From a virus: 64,000 nt of DNA. The stretch covers positions 6,291 through 70,290 of the IMG/VR virus record IMGVR_UViG_3300001589_000007; one strand, written 5' to 3'. Position 1 is the first letter of the stretch. Each line of letters begins with the position of its first letter. Below, piece after piece: positions 55,485-64,000 of the stretch. Made by a program: the position numbers and the translations under genes. The notes under the pieces were generated by a model that was not told the origin of the DNA, made no database searches, and worked only from the letters and a program-made list of their open reading frames with translations.

Positions 55485-55951
55485 TGGCATATGGTAGTTC
55501 AGGTGGATCAAGTAGTTCAAGCGGATCGAGTAGTTCAAGCGGATCAAGTAGTTCAAGTAGTTCAAGCAGTACAGGCGGATCAATAACTAACTCAGGAATA
55601 AACTTAGTACCCAAAGATAGTAGTAATAAAGTTAAACAATTTTTTAATAACTACTTTACTGAGCCTATTAGCTTCCCAGCTAATCAAGTAGATGCTGTTG
55701 TAGGATTTTTTCAATCTAGAGGATTTGACGATGCTAGTTCTACCGGTACAGCAACAGTTCTACTACAGCAAGCAAAGATTGATGATGTTAATGTATTCAC
55801 ATTGATTGATACTCTTAAAGGCCTAGAGGACATACAGATAAGCCAAATTGTTGCTGAGATATTAAATTATAATAGGCAAAAAGTTAGCACACTTGGGTAT
55901 AAGATTACCTCAGGAAATACTAGGGTAGAAAATAGAAACATAGTGGTATAG
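55484..55951 (+). CDS. Hypothetical protein with N-terminal Ser/Gly tract
   Basis: 155 aa ORF coupled to neighbours; GGAG SD. Confidence 0.65.
   Translation: MAYGSSGGSSSSSGSSSSSGSSSSSSSSSTGGSITNSGINLVPKDSSNKVKQFFNNYFTEPISFPANQVDAVVGFFQSRGFDDASSTGTATVLLQQAKIDDVNVFTLIDTLKGLEDIQISQIVAEILNYNRQKVSTLGYKITSGNTRVENRNIVV
55505..55567 (+). repeat. 18-bp tandem repeat (GGATCAAGTAGTTCAAGC, about 3.5 copies)
   Basis: Units at 55505, 55523, 55541 encoding GSSSSS. Confidence 0.85.
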
Positions 55952-55953
55952 TT

Positions 55954-56394
55954 ATGGCTCGATTTGCTCAGGGTAAATATACACTTAAAAATCCAGAAAA
56001 ATTTGTAGGCAACAAGTCACCCACTTATAGAAGTAGTTGGGAGTTTACATTTATGCGATTTTGCGATGAAAATCCAGCAATTAAACAATGGGCTAGTGAA
56101 AGCATAAAAATTCCTTATAGAAATCCATTAACAGGTAAACATACAATATATGTTCCTGATTTTTTTATTGCATATGCTGATAAAAACAGCAAGCAAAAAG
56201 TAGAACTAATAGAAATTAAACCAGCAAATCAAACTCATCAAAATAAATTAGGCAAGAGTGTGCATAACAAAGCGGCTTGGATAGTCAATCAAGCTAAATG
56301 GGAAGCGGCATTTGCGTGGTGTAAACAAAAGGGCATAACATTTCGTATATTAAATGAAACAGACATTTATCATAATGGAAAGCGATCAAGATGA
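55954..56394 (+). CDS. Head completion nuclease (T4 gp4/TnsA-like)
   Basis: YRSSWE, WASE..IPY, YVPDF, EIKP..Q, NQAKW.AA..WC. Confidence 0.85.
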   Translation: MARFAQGKYTLKNPEKFVGNKSPTYRSSWEFTFMRFCDENPAIKQWASESIKIPYRNPLTGKHTIYVPDFFIAYADKNSKQKVELIEIKPANQTHQNKLGKSVHNKAAWIVNQAKWEAAFAWCKQKGITFRILNETDIYHNGKRSR

Positions 56395-57011
56395 ACTTAG
56401 AACAATATAAAACACAGATGACAGACATAGCAATGAGCCACGGTAAATTTGTAAGAGGTGCAAAGTATGTTAGACATTGGGACTTACATTTTTCAGAAAA
56501 AGAATACGTGGTTAAAAAAGCTGAAGAATTTGGTATGTTAGATGATGTTAAAACAGCAATTGATATTGGCACAGGTGTAGGAATGCTACCATATGTGCTG
56601 ATGCAAAAAGGTATACATGTTGAAGCTACTGATATAGAGGAAGAAATTACAGGACCAATGTTTAAAAAATGTTGTGATTTAATTAACTTAAAAAGATATC
56701 ACTTATACATTTACAACGGAAAGCCTATGGATTTTCCAGGAAAGTACGACTTGTTTATTGCTAGTAGAACGGAATTTGACCGAGAATTTTTAGAACCTGG
56801 TGAAGTATTTGATTATAAGTTTTTCTTTAATGACGTATTTCAATATGTTGATAAAGTGTTTATAAAAACAAATAACGCAGGATCAGGAAAAGGATATCCT
56901 GAATGGCTAAAACCTTACTTATATAACCCAGGAAAAGAAGGTTTTGGTAAACCTTATAGAGCTTGGTATATATACATAACAAAAGAGCAATGGCTAAATA
57001 ATAGCAGTTAA
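56391..57011 (+). CDS. SAM-dependent methyltransferase-like protein
   Basis: AIDIGTGVG motif I, followed by EATD and KYDLFI. Confidence 0.65.
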   Translation: MNLEQYKTQMTDIAMSHGKFVRGAKYVRHWDLHFSEKEYVVKKAEEFGMLDDVKTAIDIGTGVGMLPYVLMQKGIHVEATDIEEEITGPMFKKCCDLINLKRYHLYIYNGKPMDFPGKYDLFIASRTEFDREFLEPGEVFDYKFFFNDVFQYVDKVFIKTNNAGSGKGYPEWLKPYLYNPGKEGFGKPYRAWYIYITKEQWLNNSS

Positions 57012-57021
57012 CGGAGTTACT

Positions 57022-57507
57022 ATGACACAAAAACTTGAAGAGCTTTTAAATTTGCCAGAATCAAAAGAAATTATTGATAAAGAAAAAGCGGAAAAAGCAG
57101 AAACAGCAATAATTGAGCAGAAAGAAACTAAGCGTGATATAGCAGAGTTTGATAAGATTGCAAGTGCTTTGCCAGCTGTAAAAGGGTTAGGCGAAAAAGC
57201 TGATGCAGAATTAAATGACATTGCAGAAAGAGCTTTGCAAAGTTATGAAGACCTAATGGATCTAGGCATGAATGTGGAGAGCAGATATAGTGGTAGAGTT
57301 TTTGAAGTGGCTGGAGGAATGCTTAAAACGTCTCTTGATGCCAAAGTCGCAAAGATGGACAAAAAATTAAAAATGATAGAACTTCAACTTAAAAAAGATA
57401 AACAAGACCAGTCAGATACTAGTGATAATGGCAATATAGTTAATGGACAAGGATATGTTGTTACTGACAGAAATAGTCTATTAGAGAAGCTAAAAGGTAT
57501 GACTTAG
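57022..57507 (+). CDS. Putative terminase small subunit
   Basis: Helical 161 aa protein with R.FEVA..MLK and C-terminal DRNSLL; upstream of TerL; GCTAAATA at 56993 and GGAG SD. Confidence 0.5.
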   Translation: MTQKLEELLNLPESKEIIDKEKAEKAETAIIEQKETKRDIAEFDKIASALPAVKGLGEKADAELNDIAERALQSYEDLMDLGMNVESRYSGRVFEVAGGMLKTSLDAKVAKMDKKLKMIELQLKKDKQDQSDTSDNGNIVNGQGYVVTDRNSLLEKLKGMT

Positions 57508-57527
57508 GATAAATACTTTATAAGGAA

Positions 57528-58103
57528 ATGCATATGAAATCGTTTACAGATATATTATTAGAATCAAAAAAAGTCTATCAATTTAAAATAGGTTTTTGTG
57601 GTACAATGCCCGAAGGCTTAGAAGATAGAATAGAAACTTGTTTAAAGAAGTTTGATCTAATTGGCATGTCAGCAGGCAAAAAAACACCAATACAAGAACG
57701 TCCATTAGATTTTCCGCAGAGACAAAATTGTGAAGTTACTTATTGGGAATGTGACATGAGTTACCCAACTACTTCGCAAGTACTGCAGGAATATATTGCA
57801 GATTGTTGTAGTTGCGATCAAGCAGATTTTATAATTCGAAATGCAAACGATCCTAGAGAAGAATATCAAGAACCAAAAAGTGATGCACCTTATGAATCAA
57901 GATTAGACACTGAAGAAATGGAACAAACTGATCCAGATGCACAAGATAAAGTAGCAGGAAACAGAGTAATGGACCTTCTTAAAGAACTAGAAACTGCACG
58001 TTCAGAACGTAGTGTTGACGCTATTAATGGTACACCAAAAGGTGAAAGTGCAGATATCGGCGATGCAGAAAATACAAATAGCCCAATAGGAGGTACAAAA
58101 TGA
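57528..58103 (+). CDS. Hypothetical late protein
   Basis: GATAAATA at 57508-15; MKSFTDILLES N-terminus resembles T4-like head-targeted proteins (start may be 57534). Confidence 0.65.
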   Translation: MHMKSFTDILLESKKVYQFKIGFCGTMPEGLEDRIETCLKKFDLIGMSAGKKTPIQERPLDFPQRQNCEVTYWECDMSYPTTSQVLQEYIADCCSCDQADFIIRNANDPREEYQEPKSDAPYESRLDTEEMEQTDPDAQDKVAGNRVMDLLKELETARSERSVDAINGTPKGESADIGDAENTNSPIGGTK

Positions 58104-59179
58104 AGGACTTATTAGATAAGTTATACGCAATAGAAAAAGACTTAACGGTCATTAATGAGTCAACAGATCCTCTTAATGAAGTTTCGTCGATGAATATATC
58201 AATGACAGGTGATAATGCAGATGAAGTTGCTCAGCTTGTAAACATAATGAGAGCTGGCGGCGATGTAATGCCTAGACCATCAATGGAACCAAAAATGCCT
58301 CCATCACAAGATATGGATATGGGTAAAGCATTAAGTATTATGGGTCCACCAGATATGGGTCCAGATATGGGTCCAGACATGGACTCAAAAGATGATATGC
58401 TTAAAGGTGAAAAAGAATCAACTGATTGGGCCAACTCACCTGATGAACAATATATGGATCATAACTATATGAACAATGATCTAGCAGGTGGTATTAATAG
58501 ATCTAAATCACAACATTCACCGGCGGCCGATGGTGATAATCCAATGGCAGTCGAAGGTGGCGGTCGTGATATGGATTGTGATGCATGCGACGGCAAAGGA
58601 AACAATGCAGGCGAAGAATGTGCCAAATGTAACGGTAGTGGCGAAGCTGGCCCAGGCGAAGATGATTATGGTAATGAGTCAGTTGATGCACAAATTGAAT
58701 CATTAAAAGATGAACTTTATGCGGCACTTAAACAAAAGCAAGGTGGCGATCTTGAAGAGGACGATATCGAAGAAGGCAGTATTAAACTTATGCATAAGTT
58801 ACATGGCGAAGGTAAAAGTCATGAAGAGATTGCAAAACAGTTAAACATGGAGCCAAGTGAAGTAAAAGCGGCAATGGCTAAAACTGAAGCAGAAGATCAA
58901 CCAGCAGATGAGTCCGATGAAGATGCTACATACAGTATTAGAGGTAAAACTCCAGAAGCTGATGCAGAACTAGCAAGAATTGCTAAAAATGCAGGCATGA
59001 GTGTAAGTGAAGCTAAAGACGATGACAGTATGGACGAAATGGGCTGTAAAAGTAAAATGAAAAAACTTAATGCAAGCGGTTGTTCAAAAAACGAAATGTA
59101 TAAAAAAATTAATGCAGAATACGGTTGTGGTAAAGAAAAGTTTGAAAAACTATACGCAAGTAGTTGCGGTAGCCACTAA
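58100..59179 (+). CDS. Acidic, modular putative internal head/scaffold protein with DnaJ-type Zn finger
   Basis: CDACDGKG..CAKCNGSG; HTH-like SHEEIAKQLNM segment; PDMG repeats. Confidence 0.6.
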   Translation: MKDLLDKLYAIEKDLTVINESTDPLNEVSSMNISMTGDNADEVAQLVNIMRAGGDVMPRPSMEPKMPPSQDMDMGKALSIMGPPDMGPDMGPDMDSKDDMLKGEKESTDWANSPDEQYMDHNYMNNDLAGGINRSKSQHSPAADGDNPMAVEGGGRDMDCDACDGKGNNAGEECAKCNGSGEAGPGEDDYGNESVDAQIESLKDELYAALKQKQGGDLEEDDIEEGSIKLMHKLHGEGKSHEEIAKQLNMEPSEVKAAMAKTEAEDQPADESDEDATYSIRGKTPEADAELARIAKNAGMSVSEAKDDDSMDEMGCKSKMKKLNASGCSKNEMYKKINAEYGCGKEKFEKLYASSCGSH

Positions 59180-59200
59180 TATCCCCCAGATATAAAACTC

Positions 59201-59227
59201 AATAGCGTCTTCGGACGCTATTTTTTT
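59201..59227 (+). terminator. Rho-independent terminator with cUUCGg loop
   Basis: AATAGCGTC-TTCG-GACGCTATT followed by a T run. Confidence 0.9.
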
Positions 59228-59241
59228 GAGTAAATACTAGC

Positions 59242-60006
59242 ATGAGCAACCTAAGTGTAATACAAAACTGTAAAACAGTCGAATCATTTCCGTACCCATA
59301 TGTATCTATTGATGAGGCATTACCTAAAAAAGTTTATAATGAACTAGCAGAATCATTTCCTGAAGATGCAGTTTGTAGTAACGAAGCAGGCGACCAAGGA
59401 ATTTGTTTCCGTTATAAAAGTCGTCAAGCAAAAGAAGAAGCGATTATTCCAAATATATGGAAAGAGTTTTTCGAATTTCATACTAGCAAAGAGTACTTTA
59501 GAGATTGTGCCAGACTATTTGAAACAGGAATACTAAAATATTATGGAGAAGAGTTTTACGAAAACTTAATATCAGATAGTGTAGGTATACGTAAATTATC
59601 AAAAGGAAAGTATGTTACAGACTGCCAATTTGTTATACATGAGCCTGTAGACCAAACTGGCACATCAAGAACTCCGCACTTAGATAACCCTAAAGAAATA
59701 TATGCCGGGCTATTGTATATGAAAAAAGATACAGATAACGCACAAGGTGGAAACTTTACAATACACGAAACTATTAAAGAAGTAGAAAATTTTAAACCCA
59801 AACCTAACACTGGTAGAGAAGTAGAAGATAATATACACACACCGGTCTTAGAAATTCCATATAAAGCAAATAGCTTTGGTATGTTTTTAAATGTTAAACA
59901 TAGTGTACATAGTGTAACTCCGAGAATTAAACCTACTGAACGTAGACGTAGTATTAATATTATTGGCGAATTTATGAAACACGGTAGAATGTGGGAAGTT
60001 GAATGA
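59242..60006 (+). CDS. 2OG-Fe(II) oxygenase-like protein
   Basis: PYPY..IDEALP, PHLD, GLLYM, HSV, RRSIN. Confidence 0.72.
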   Translation: MSNLSVIQNCKTVESFPYPYVSIDEALPKKVYNELAESFPEDAVCSNEAGDQGICFRYKSRQAKEEAIIPNIWKEFFEFHTSKEYFRDCARLFETGILKYYGEEFYENLISDSVGIRKLSKGKYVTDCQFVIHEPVDQTGTSRTPHLDNPKEIYAGLLYMKKDTDNAQGGNFTIHETIKEVENFKPKPNTGREVEDNIHTPVLEIPYKANSFGMFLNVKHSVHSVTPRIKPTERRRSINIIGEFMKHGRMWEVE

Positions 60007-61583
60007 GTAAAAGTTTAGATGGGGTCCTAACTAAAAAAGCAAATAAGCGTGAAACGTTCAGTGAAGATCAAGTACAGGATCTAATGAAATGCATGGATCC
60101 TAAAGATGGATATGATTATTTCGCACGTAGATTTGCATATATACAGCATCCTGTAAAAGGTAAACTATTATTTGAACCTTACGAATATCAAGATCGATTA
60201 CTTAAAAGTTATCATGATCATAGATTTAATATTAATATGTTGCCTAGACAAACAGGTAAAACTACCTGTGCGGCAATATACCTATTATGGTATGCAATGT
60301 TTACTCCTGATCAAACTATTCTAATTGCGGCACACAAGTATACAGGCGCACAAGAAATTATGCAACGTATTCGTTACGGATATGAATTATGTCCTGACCA
60401 TGTACGTGCAGGTGTTACTAACTACAACAAAGGTAGTATAGAATTTGAAAACGGATCTCGTATTGTTAGTGCCACTACAACGGGCAATACAGGACGTGGT
60501 ATGTCTATATCATTATTATACTGTGACGAGTTTGCATTTGTGCAACCTAACGTTGCTACCGACTTTTGGACATCAATATCTCCTACACTTGCAACAGGTG
60601 GTCGTGCTATTCTTACAAGTACACCTAACTCAGACGAAGATACATTTGCTACTATATGGAAACAAGCAGAGGATAAATTTGATGCAAACGGTAACGAACA
60701 AGAGGTTGGCATTAATGGATTTCATAGTTTCCGTAGTTATTGGGAGGAACATCCGGATAGAGACGAGAAATGGAAAGAAGAAGAACTTGGACGTATTGGT
60801 GAAGAAAGGTTTAAACGAGAATATGAATGTCAATTCTTAGTTTACGATGAAACATTAATTAGTTCATTAATACTTTCTACTATGGAAGGCGATAGTCCTT
60901 TAATCAATATGGGGCAAACACGATGGTATAAAAAACCTACTGCTGAATTTACGTATGCTGTTGCCCTTGATCCTAGTATGGGTACTGGAGGAGATAATGC
61001 GGCTATACAAGTATTTGAACTACCTAGCTATGAACAAGTAGCTGAATGGCAACACAACACTACAGCTATACCTGGGCAAATACGTATACTTTCTGATATA
61101 TGTAGTTACATTACAAAAGAAACAAATAACGATAATGGGCTATATTGGAGTGTAGAAAATAATGGTATCGGAGAAGCGGCACTAATTGTTATTAATGATT
61201 TTGGTGAAGAAAATATTCCTGGATTATTCGTTAGTGAACCTATGCGTAAAGGTCATGTGCGTAAATTCCGTAAAGGATTTAATACTACACATGGTACTAA
61301 AATTACGGCATGTAGTAGACTAAAGACTATGGTTGAAAACAATAAAATGATTATACACAGTAAACCGTTTATATCAGAACTTAAGAGCTACGTTGCAACA
61401 GGATCAAGCTATCAAGCTAAACTTGGACAAACAGATGATCTTGTTAGTGCAACATTACTAGCACTAAGAATGATGGCAGTTTTAAAAGATTGGGATCCTA
61501 GAATATATAATACTTTTACGCAAGCTGATCAAATTGAAGATTACGAACCGCCAATGCCGATCTTCATTAGCAGTAGTTATTGA
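60003..61583 (+). CDS. terL: Terminase large subunit (gp17-like)
   Basis: PRQTGKT Walker A, LLYCDEFAF Walker B, TSTPN, ALDPSMG, DDLV. Confidence 0.93.
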   Translation: MSKSLDGVLTKKANKRETFSEDQVQDLMKCMDPKDGYDYFARRFAYIQHPVKGKLLFEPYEYQDRLLKSYHDHRFNINMLPRQTGKTTCAAIYLLWYAMFTPDQTILIAAHKYTGAQEIMQRIRYGYELCPDHVRAGVTNYNKGSIEFENGSRIVSATTTGNTGRGMSISLLYCDEFAFVQPNVATDFWTSISPTLATGGRAILTSTPNSDEDTFATIWKQAEDKFDANGNEQEVGINGFHSFRSYWEEHPDRDEKWKEEELGRIGEERFKREYECQFLVYDETLISSLILSTMEGDSPLINMGQTRWYKKPTAEFTYAVALDPSMGTGGDNAAIQVFELPSYEQVAEWQHNTTAIPGQIRILSDICSYITKETNNDNGLYWSVENNGIGEAALIVINDFGEENIPGLFVSEPMRKGHVRKFRKGFNTTHGTKITACSRLKTMVENNKMIIHSKPFISELKSYVATGSSYQAKLGQTDDLVSATLLALRMMAVLKDWDPRIYNTFTQADQIEDYEPPMPIFISSSY

Positions 61584-61594
61584 TAAATACTTGC

Positions 61595-64000
61595 ATGTTA
61601 GATTTAGACAATATAAGTGAAGAGCTTTTTAATAAAATACGTGGCAGATTTAAAGATATTACGATCGGGGATTCAACCGGTACTGTAACTAACATTCCTA
61701 AGGATGCTAGATATTTTGATTTTAAGTACAATGATAATAGTAATATAAGTGTAAGTCTAAGCGAAAAAGATGGAGTTGTTGTAATGTACAACAGCGAAAT
61801 TTTTACTAAAGAACAGAGTATACAAAAAAGTAATTGGTATAGCTTTTTAAAAGAACTTAGAAGTTTTGCTAGGAAAAGACTTTTAAACTTTGATACAAGA
61901 GATATTACAAAGTCCAATTTAAATAAAAGAGACTATAAATACCTAGCAAAAAATTCCGGAGATGACAACATGACAGAATCAAAACTATACGGCACTGGTA
62001 AAGTTAGTTACCAAAACGTAGACAATGCAAGAATAGTAGTTAAACATACTGAAAGCATAAACCAGGAACGAGCTGGAGGACGCACACAGAAAATTGGAAC
62101 TATTCATATTGAAAGTGCAGAAGGCGAACGTTTTAAATATCCATATAAACATCTAAATGGTGCAAGAGCAATGGCAAGACACGTAGCTGAAGGCGGAAAC
62201 GCATATGATGATTTTGGTAAACATATTATTAGTATGTCAGAAGAGCTTAGTAAGCTAAAGAAATTCAAATCACATATGTCAAGAAACGGTGTCATGGCCG
62301 AAGGTCTTGCAGAATATAATGACGCAGTAAATGATCGTATTAATACAGTTAAGCGTACAGTAGAAACATTACAGCGTAAGAATGCATATGTAGAAGCAGT
62401 TACAAATTTTGAATCAACAATACTTGAGGATGTTCCGGAAGATGTCTCAAGTAACTGGATTGATCAACTTACTATTAGACAATTCAACGAAGAGTTATCA
62501 GATGTATTTCCGTATATCTATAAACTAGTAAATGAATACACAAAGGCAAAAGAGCTTAGTCCAGAGGATTTATTAGGTGAGAAAAAATCATCACCTGCAG
62601 GCGGTCCGGCATGTTGGAAGGGTAAGAAAATTGGTAATCCTAAAACCAAAATGAAAGGCGGCAAGCGTGTAAATAATTGTGTGCCAGAAGGTACTGAAGA
62701 AGAGCTTGTGCAAGGCTTTGAAGAAATGATGGGACAGTTTAAAGAAACTACTCTTGAAAGGACTCAAGGCGACGAGTACGAATGTGAGTTTGAATATACC
62801 GGTGATGACGGTGAAACACAAATGGGCGAATTAATTTATAAAGTTATCGACGGCAAAGTAGATCCTAAATCATTAAGAGGTGAAGCAGATCCTACTAGTG
62901 ATTCTAATGGCGGTAATGCTAAAGTTGATGATGAACTTGCAACAATGCAAGTAGCACTCGGTGGTGACTTCCATGAGGAAGCAGTAGAGTTTGCACAAGA
63001 ATGTTACGATGATGAGCAGGCAGGAAAACCGCAAGTAGGTCAGTACGATAATTACAATCTTAAGCCTGAGACTGAAGACGATGTTGGTGAAGCATATATC
63101 AATAACGCAAAAGATGCAGTTGATGTGTTAGGAGCATTACGTGGTAAAGGTAAAAAGATTGAACGTGGCCAAGATGATGACCAAGGCAACTTAGCAAACG
63201 AATACGTCGGTAATACTTGGGACGTATATACATGGTTACAAAATAAAACACAAGACTTTCGAGGCATGGATAAGAATCAAAAAGAAATTATTGACAATAT
63301 GATGAAACTACGTGGCGAAGCTAAGAAGCTAGAAACAAAGCCGGGATCAGGTAGTAACGGTCGCTTTGGTAATCAAATTGTAAACACTTTATATCCAGTA
63401 ATGGAGTTAATTAACTCATTAGGTCTTAAAGATGATGATACAATGGATGTTAAGATTGACAAAGAAAAAGGCACAATTAGTAAAGATGACGGCACTGAAC
63501 CAAAAGAGCAAAAGACTCCACTAGGCGAATTTATTTTAAGTTACTTTGATAAAGAAACAGGCGAATTTCCAAAAGGCGAAACAGCAATACTTACTATGGT
63601 TGAAAAAGACTACGGAGAAAAGTTTATTACTCCTGCAAAGCAATTTATTGAAAAAATACAATCAACCGTAGAATCATACAACATGCGTAAAAATCCACAA
63701 CGAATGGAAAGTGAAGATGAATTACCTAAAATTACAGATGAAATGAATGGAATGATTTCTGATTGGATTGAAAAATTCTCTAAGTTCATAGGCGGTAACG
63801 GAGACACATTACCAGACGGTTATATACAGTGGGCATTGAACTCAGGCATTACTACAGACTTTGTTGAACAAAATGAGGCTGAAGCAATGAGAGAAAAATA
63901 CGGCGAAGATGAATTTGAAAATGATCCGATGTCAGAAAAATTTCTTAATGAAATGCCAATTACAAAAGCGGCCTTAGAAATGATTGAAAAAATTACAGGC
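61595..64000 (+). CDS. Long hypothetical late protein, truncated by the window end (absent from the ORF track)
   Basis: ATG 61595 (MLDLDNISEELFNKIRGRF) 5 nt after GATAAATA; the frame is open in the segments I translated and ends ...EMIEKITG at 64000. Confidence 0.8.
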   Translation, partial: MLDLDNISEELFNKIRGRFKDITIGDSTGTVTNIPKDARYFDFKYNDNSNISVSLSEKDGVVVMYNSEIFTKEQSIQKSNWYSFLKELRSFARKRLLNFDTRDITKSNLNKRDYKYLAKNSGDDNMTESKLYGTGKVSYQNVDNARIVVKHTESINQERAGGRTQKIGTIHIESAEGERFKYPYKHLNGARAMARHVAEGGNAYDDFGKHIISMSEELSKLKKFKSHMSRNGVMAEGLAEYNDAVNDRINTVKRTVETLQRKNAYVEAVTNFESTILEDVPEDVSSNWIDQLTIRQFNEELSDVFPYIYKLVNEYTKAKELSPEDLLGEKKSSPAGGPACWKGKKIGNPKTKMKGGKRVNNCVPEGTEEELVQGFEEMMGQFKETTLERTQGDEYECEFEYTGDDGETQMGELIYKVIDGKVDPKSLRGEADPTSDSNGGNAKVDDELATMQVALGGDFHEEAVEFAQECYDDEQAGKPQVGQYDNYNLKPETEDDVGEAYINNAKDAVDVLGALRGKGKKIERGQDDDQGNLANEYVGNTWDVYTWLQNKTQDFRGMDKNQKEIIDNMMKLRGEAKKLETKPGSGSNGRFGNQIVNTLYPVMELINSLGLKDDDTMDVKIDKEKGTISKDDGTEPKEQKTPLGEFILSYFDKETGEFPKGETAILTMVEKDYGEKFITPAKQFIEKIQSTVESYNMRKNPQRMESEDELPKITDEMNGMISDWIEKFSKFIGGNGDTLPDGYIQWALNSGITTDFVEQNEAEAMREKYGEDEFENDPMSEKFLNEMPITKAALEMIEKITG

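Noticed and set aside
60003-61583. Intein or intron in the terminase
   Set aside because: 526 aa uninterrupted, with ATPase and nuclease motifs at normal spacing
61567-63807. Short minus-strand ORFs at the window end
   Set aside because: They lie opposite a long + strand ORF (61595 to beyond 64000) that the track probably omitted for lack of a stop codon
71-64000. Stop-codon reassignment as seen in some jumbo phages
   Set aside because: TAG, TGA and TAA all end full-length genes followed by new SD or promoter signals; coding density is high under code 11

Overview
AT-rich 64-kb segment of a large T4-related myovirus, probably aquatic or marine and jumbo-phage-like (inferred from gene content). 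Standard genetic code. 71-38178 is a + strand block of very large fibre, adhesin and baseplate-type proteins with small partner genes. It contains two Cys-rich paralogues followed by a GT9-like glycosyltransferase, an SGNH-like protein and a carbamoyltransferase. 38175-43104 is a - strand operon under a consensus sigma70 promoter: hldE, 2OG oxygenase, class I aldolase, hldD, cupin, gmhB, 2OG oxygenase. This is an ADP-heptose pathway with no gmhA in the window. The remainder is core morphogenesis: gp15-, gp14- and gp13-like genes, dNMP kinase, sheath, tube, gp4-like nuclease, terminase, and a long ORF running off the end. T4-like late promoters (NATAAATA), cUUCGg terminators and many apparently leaderless starts are visible. 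Main leads are a candidate phage-encoded virion heptosylation/glycan-tailoring system, phycobiliprotein-like KCxRDxGY motifs in structural proteins, the Cys-rich adhesin-like pair, and a structured leader RNA at 5548-5648. No tRNA, rRNA, CRISPR array or mobile element was recognised. Product calls rest on motifs read by eye, not on database searches.
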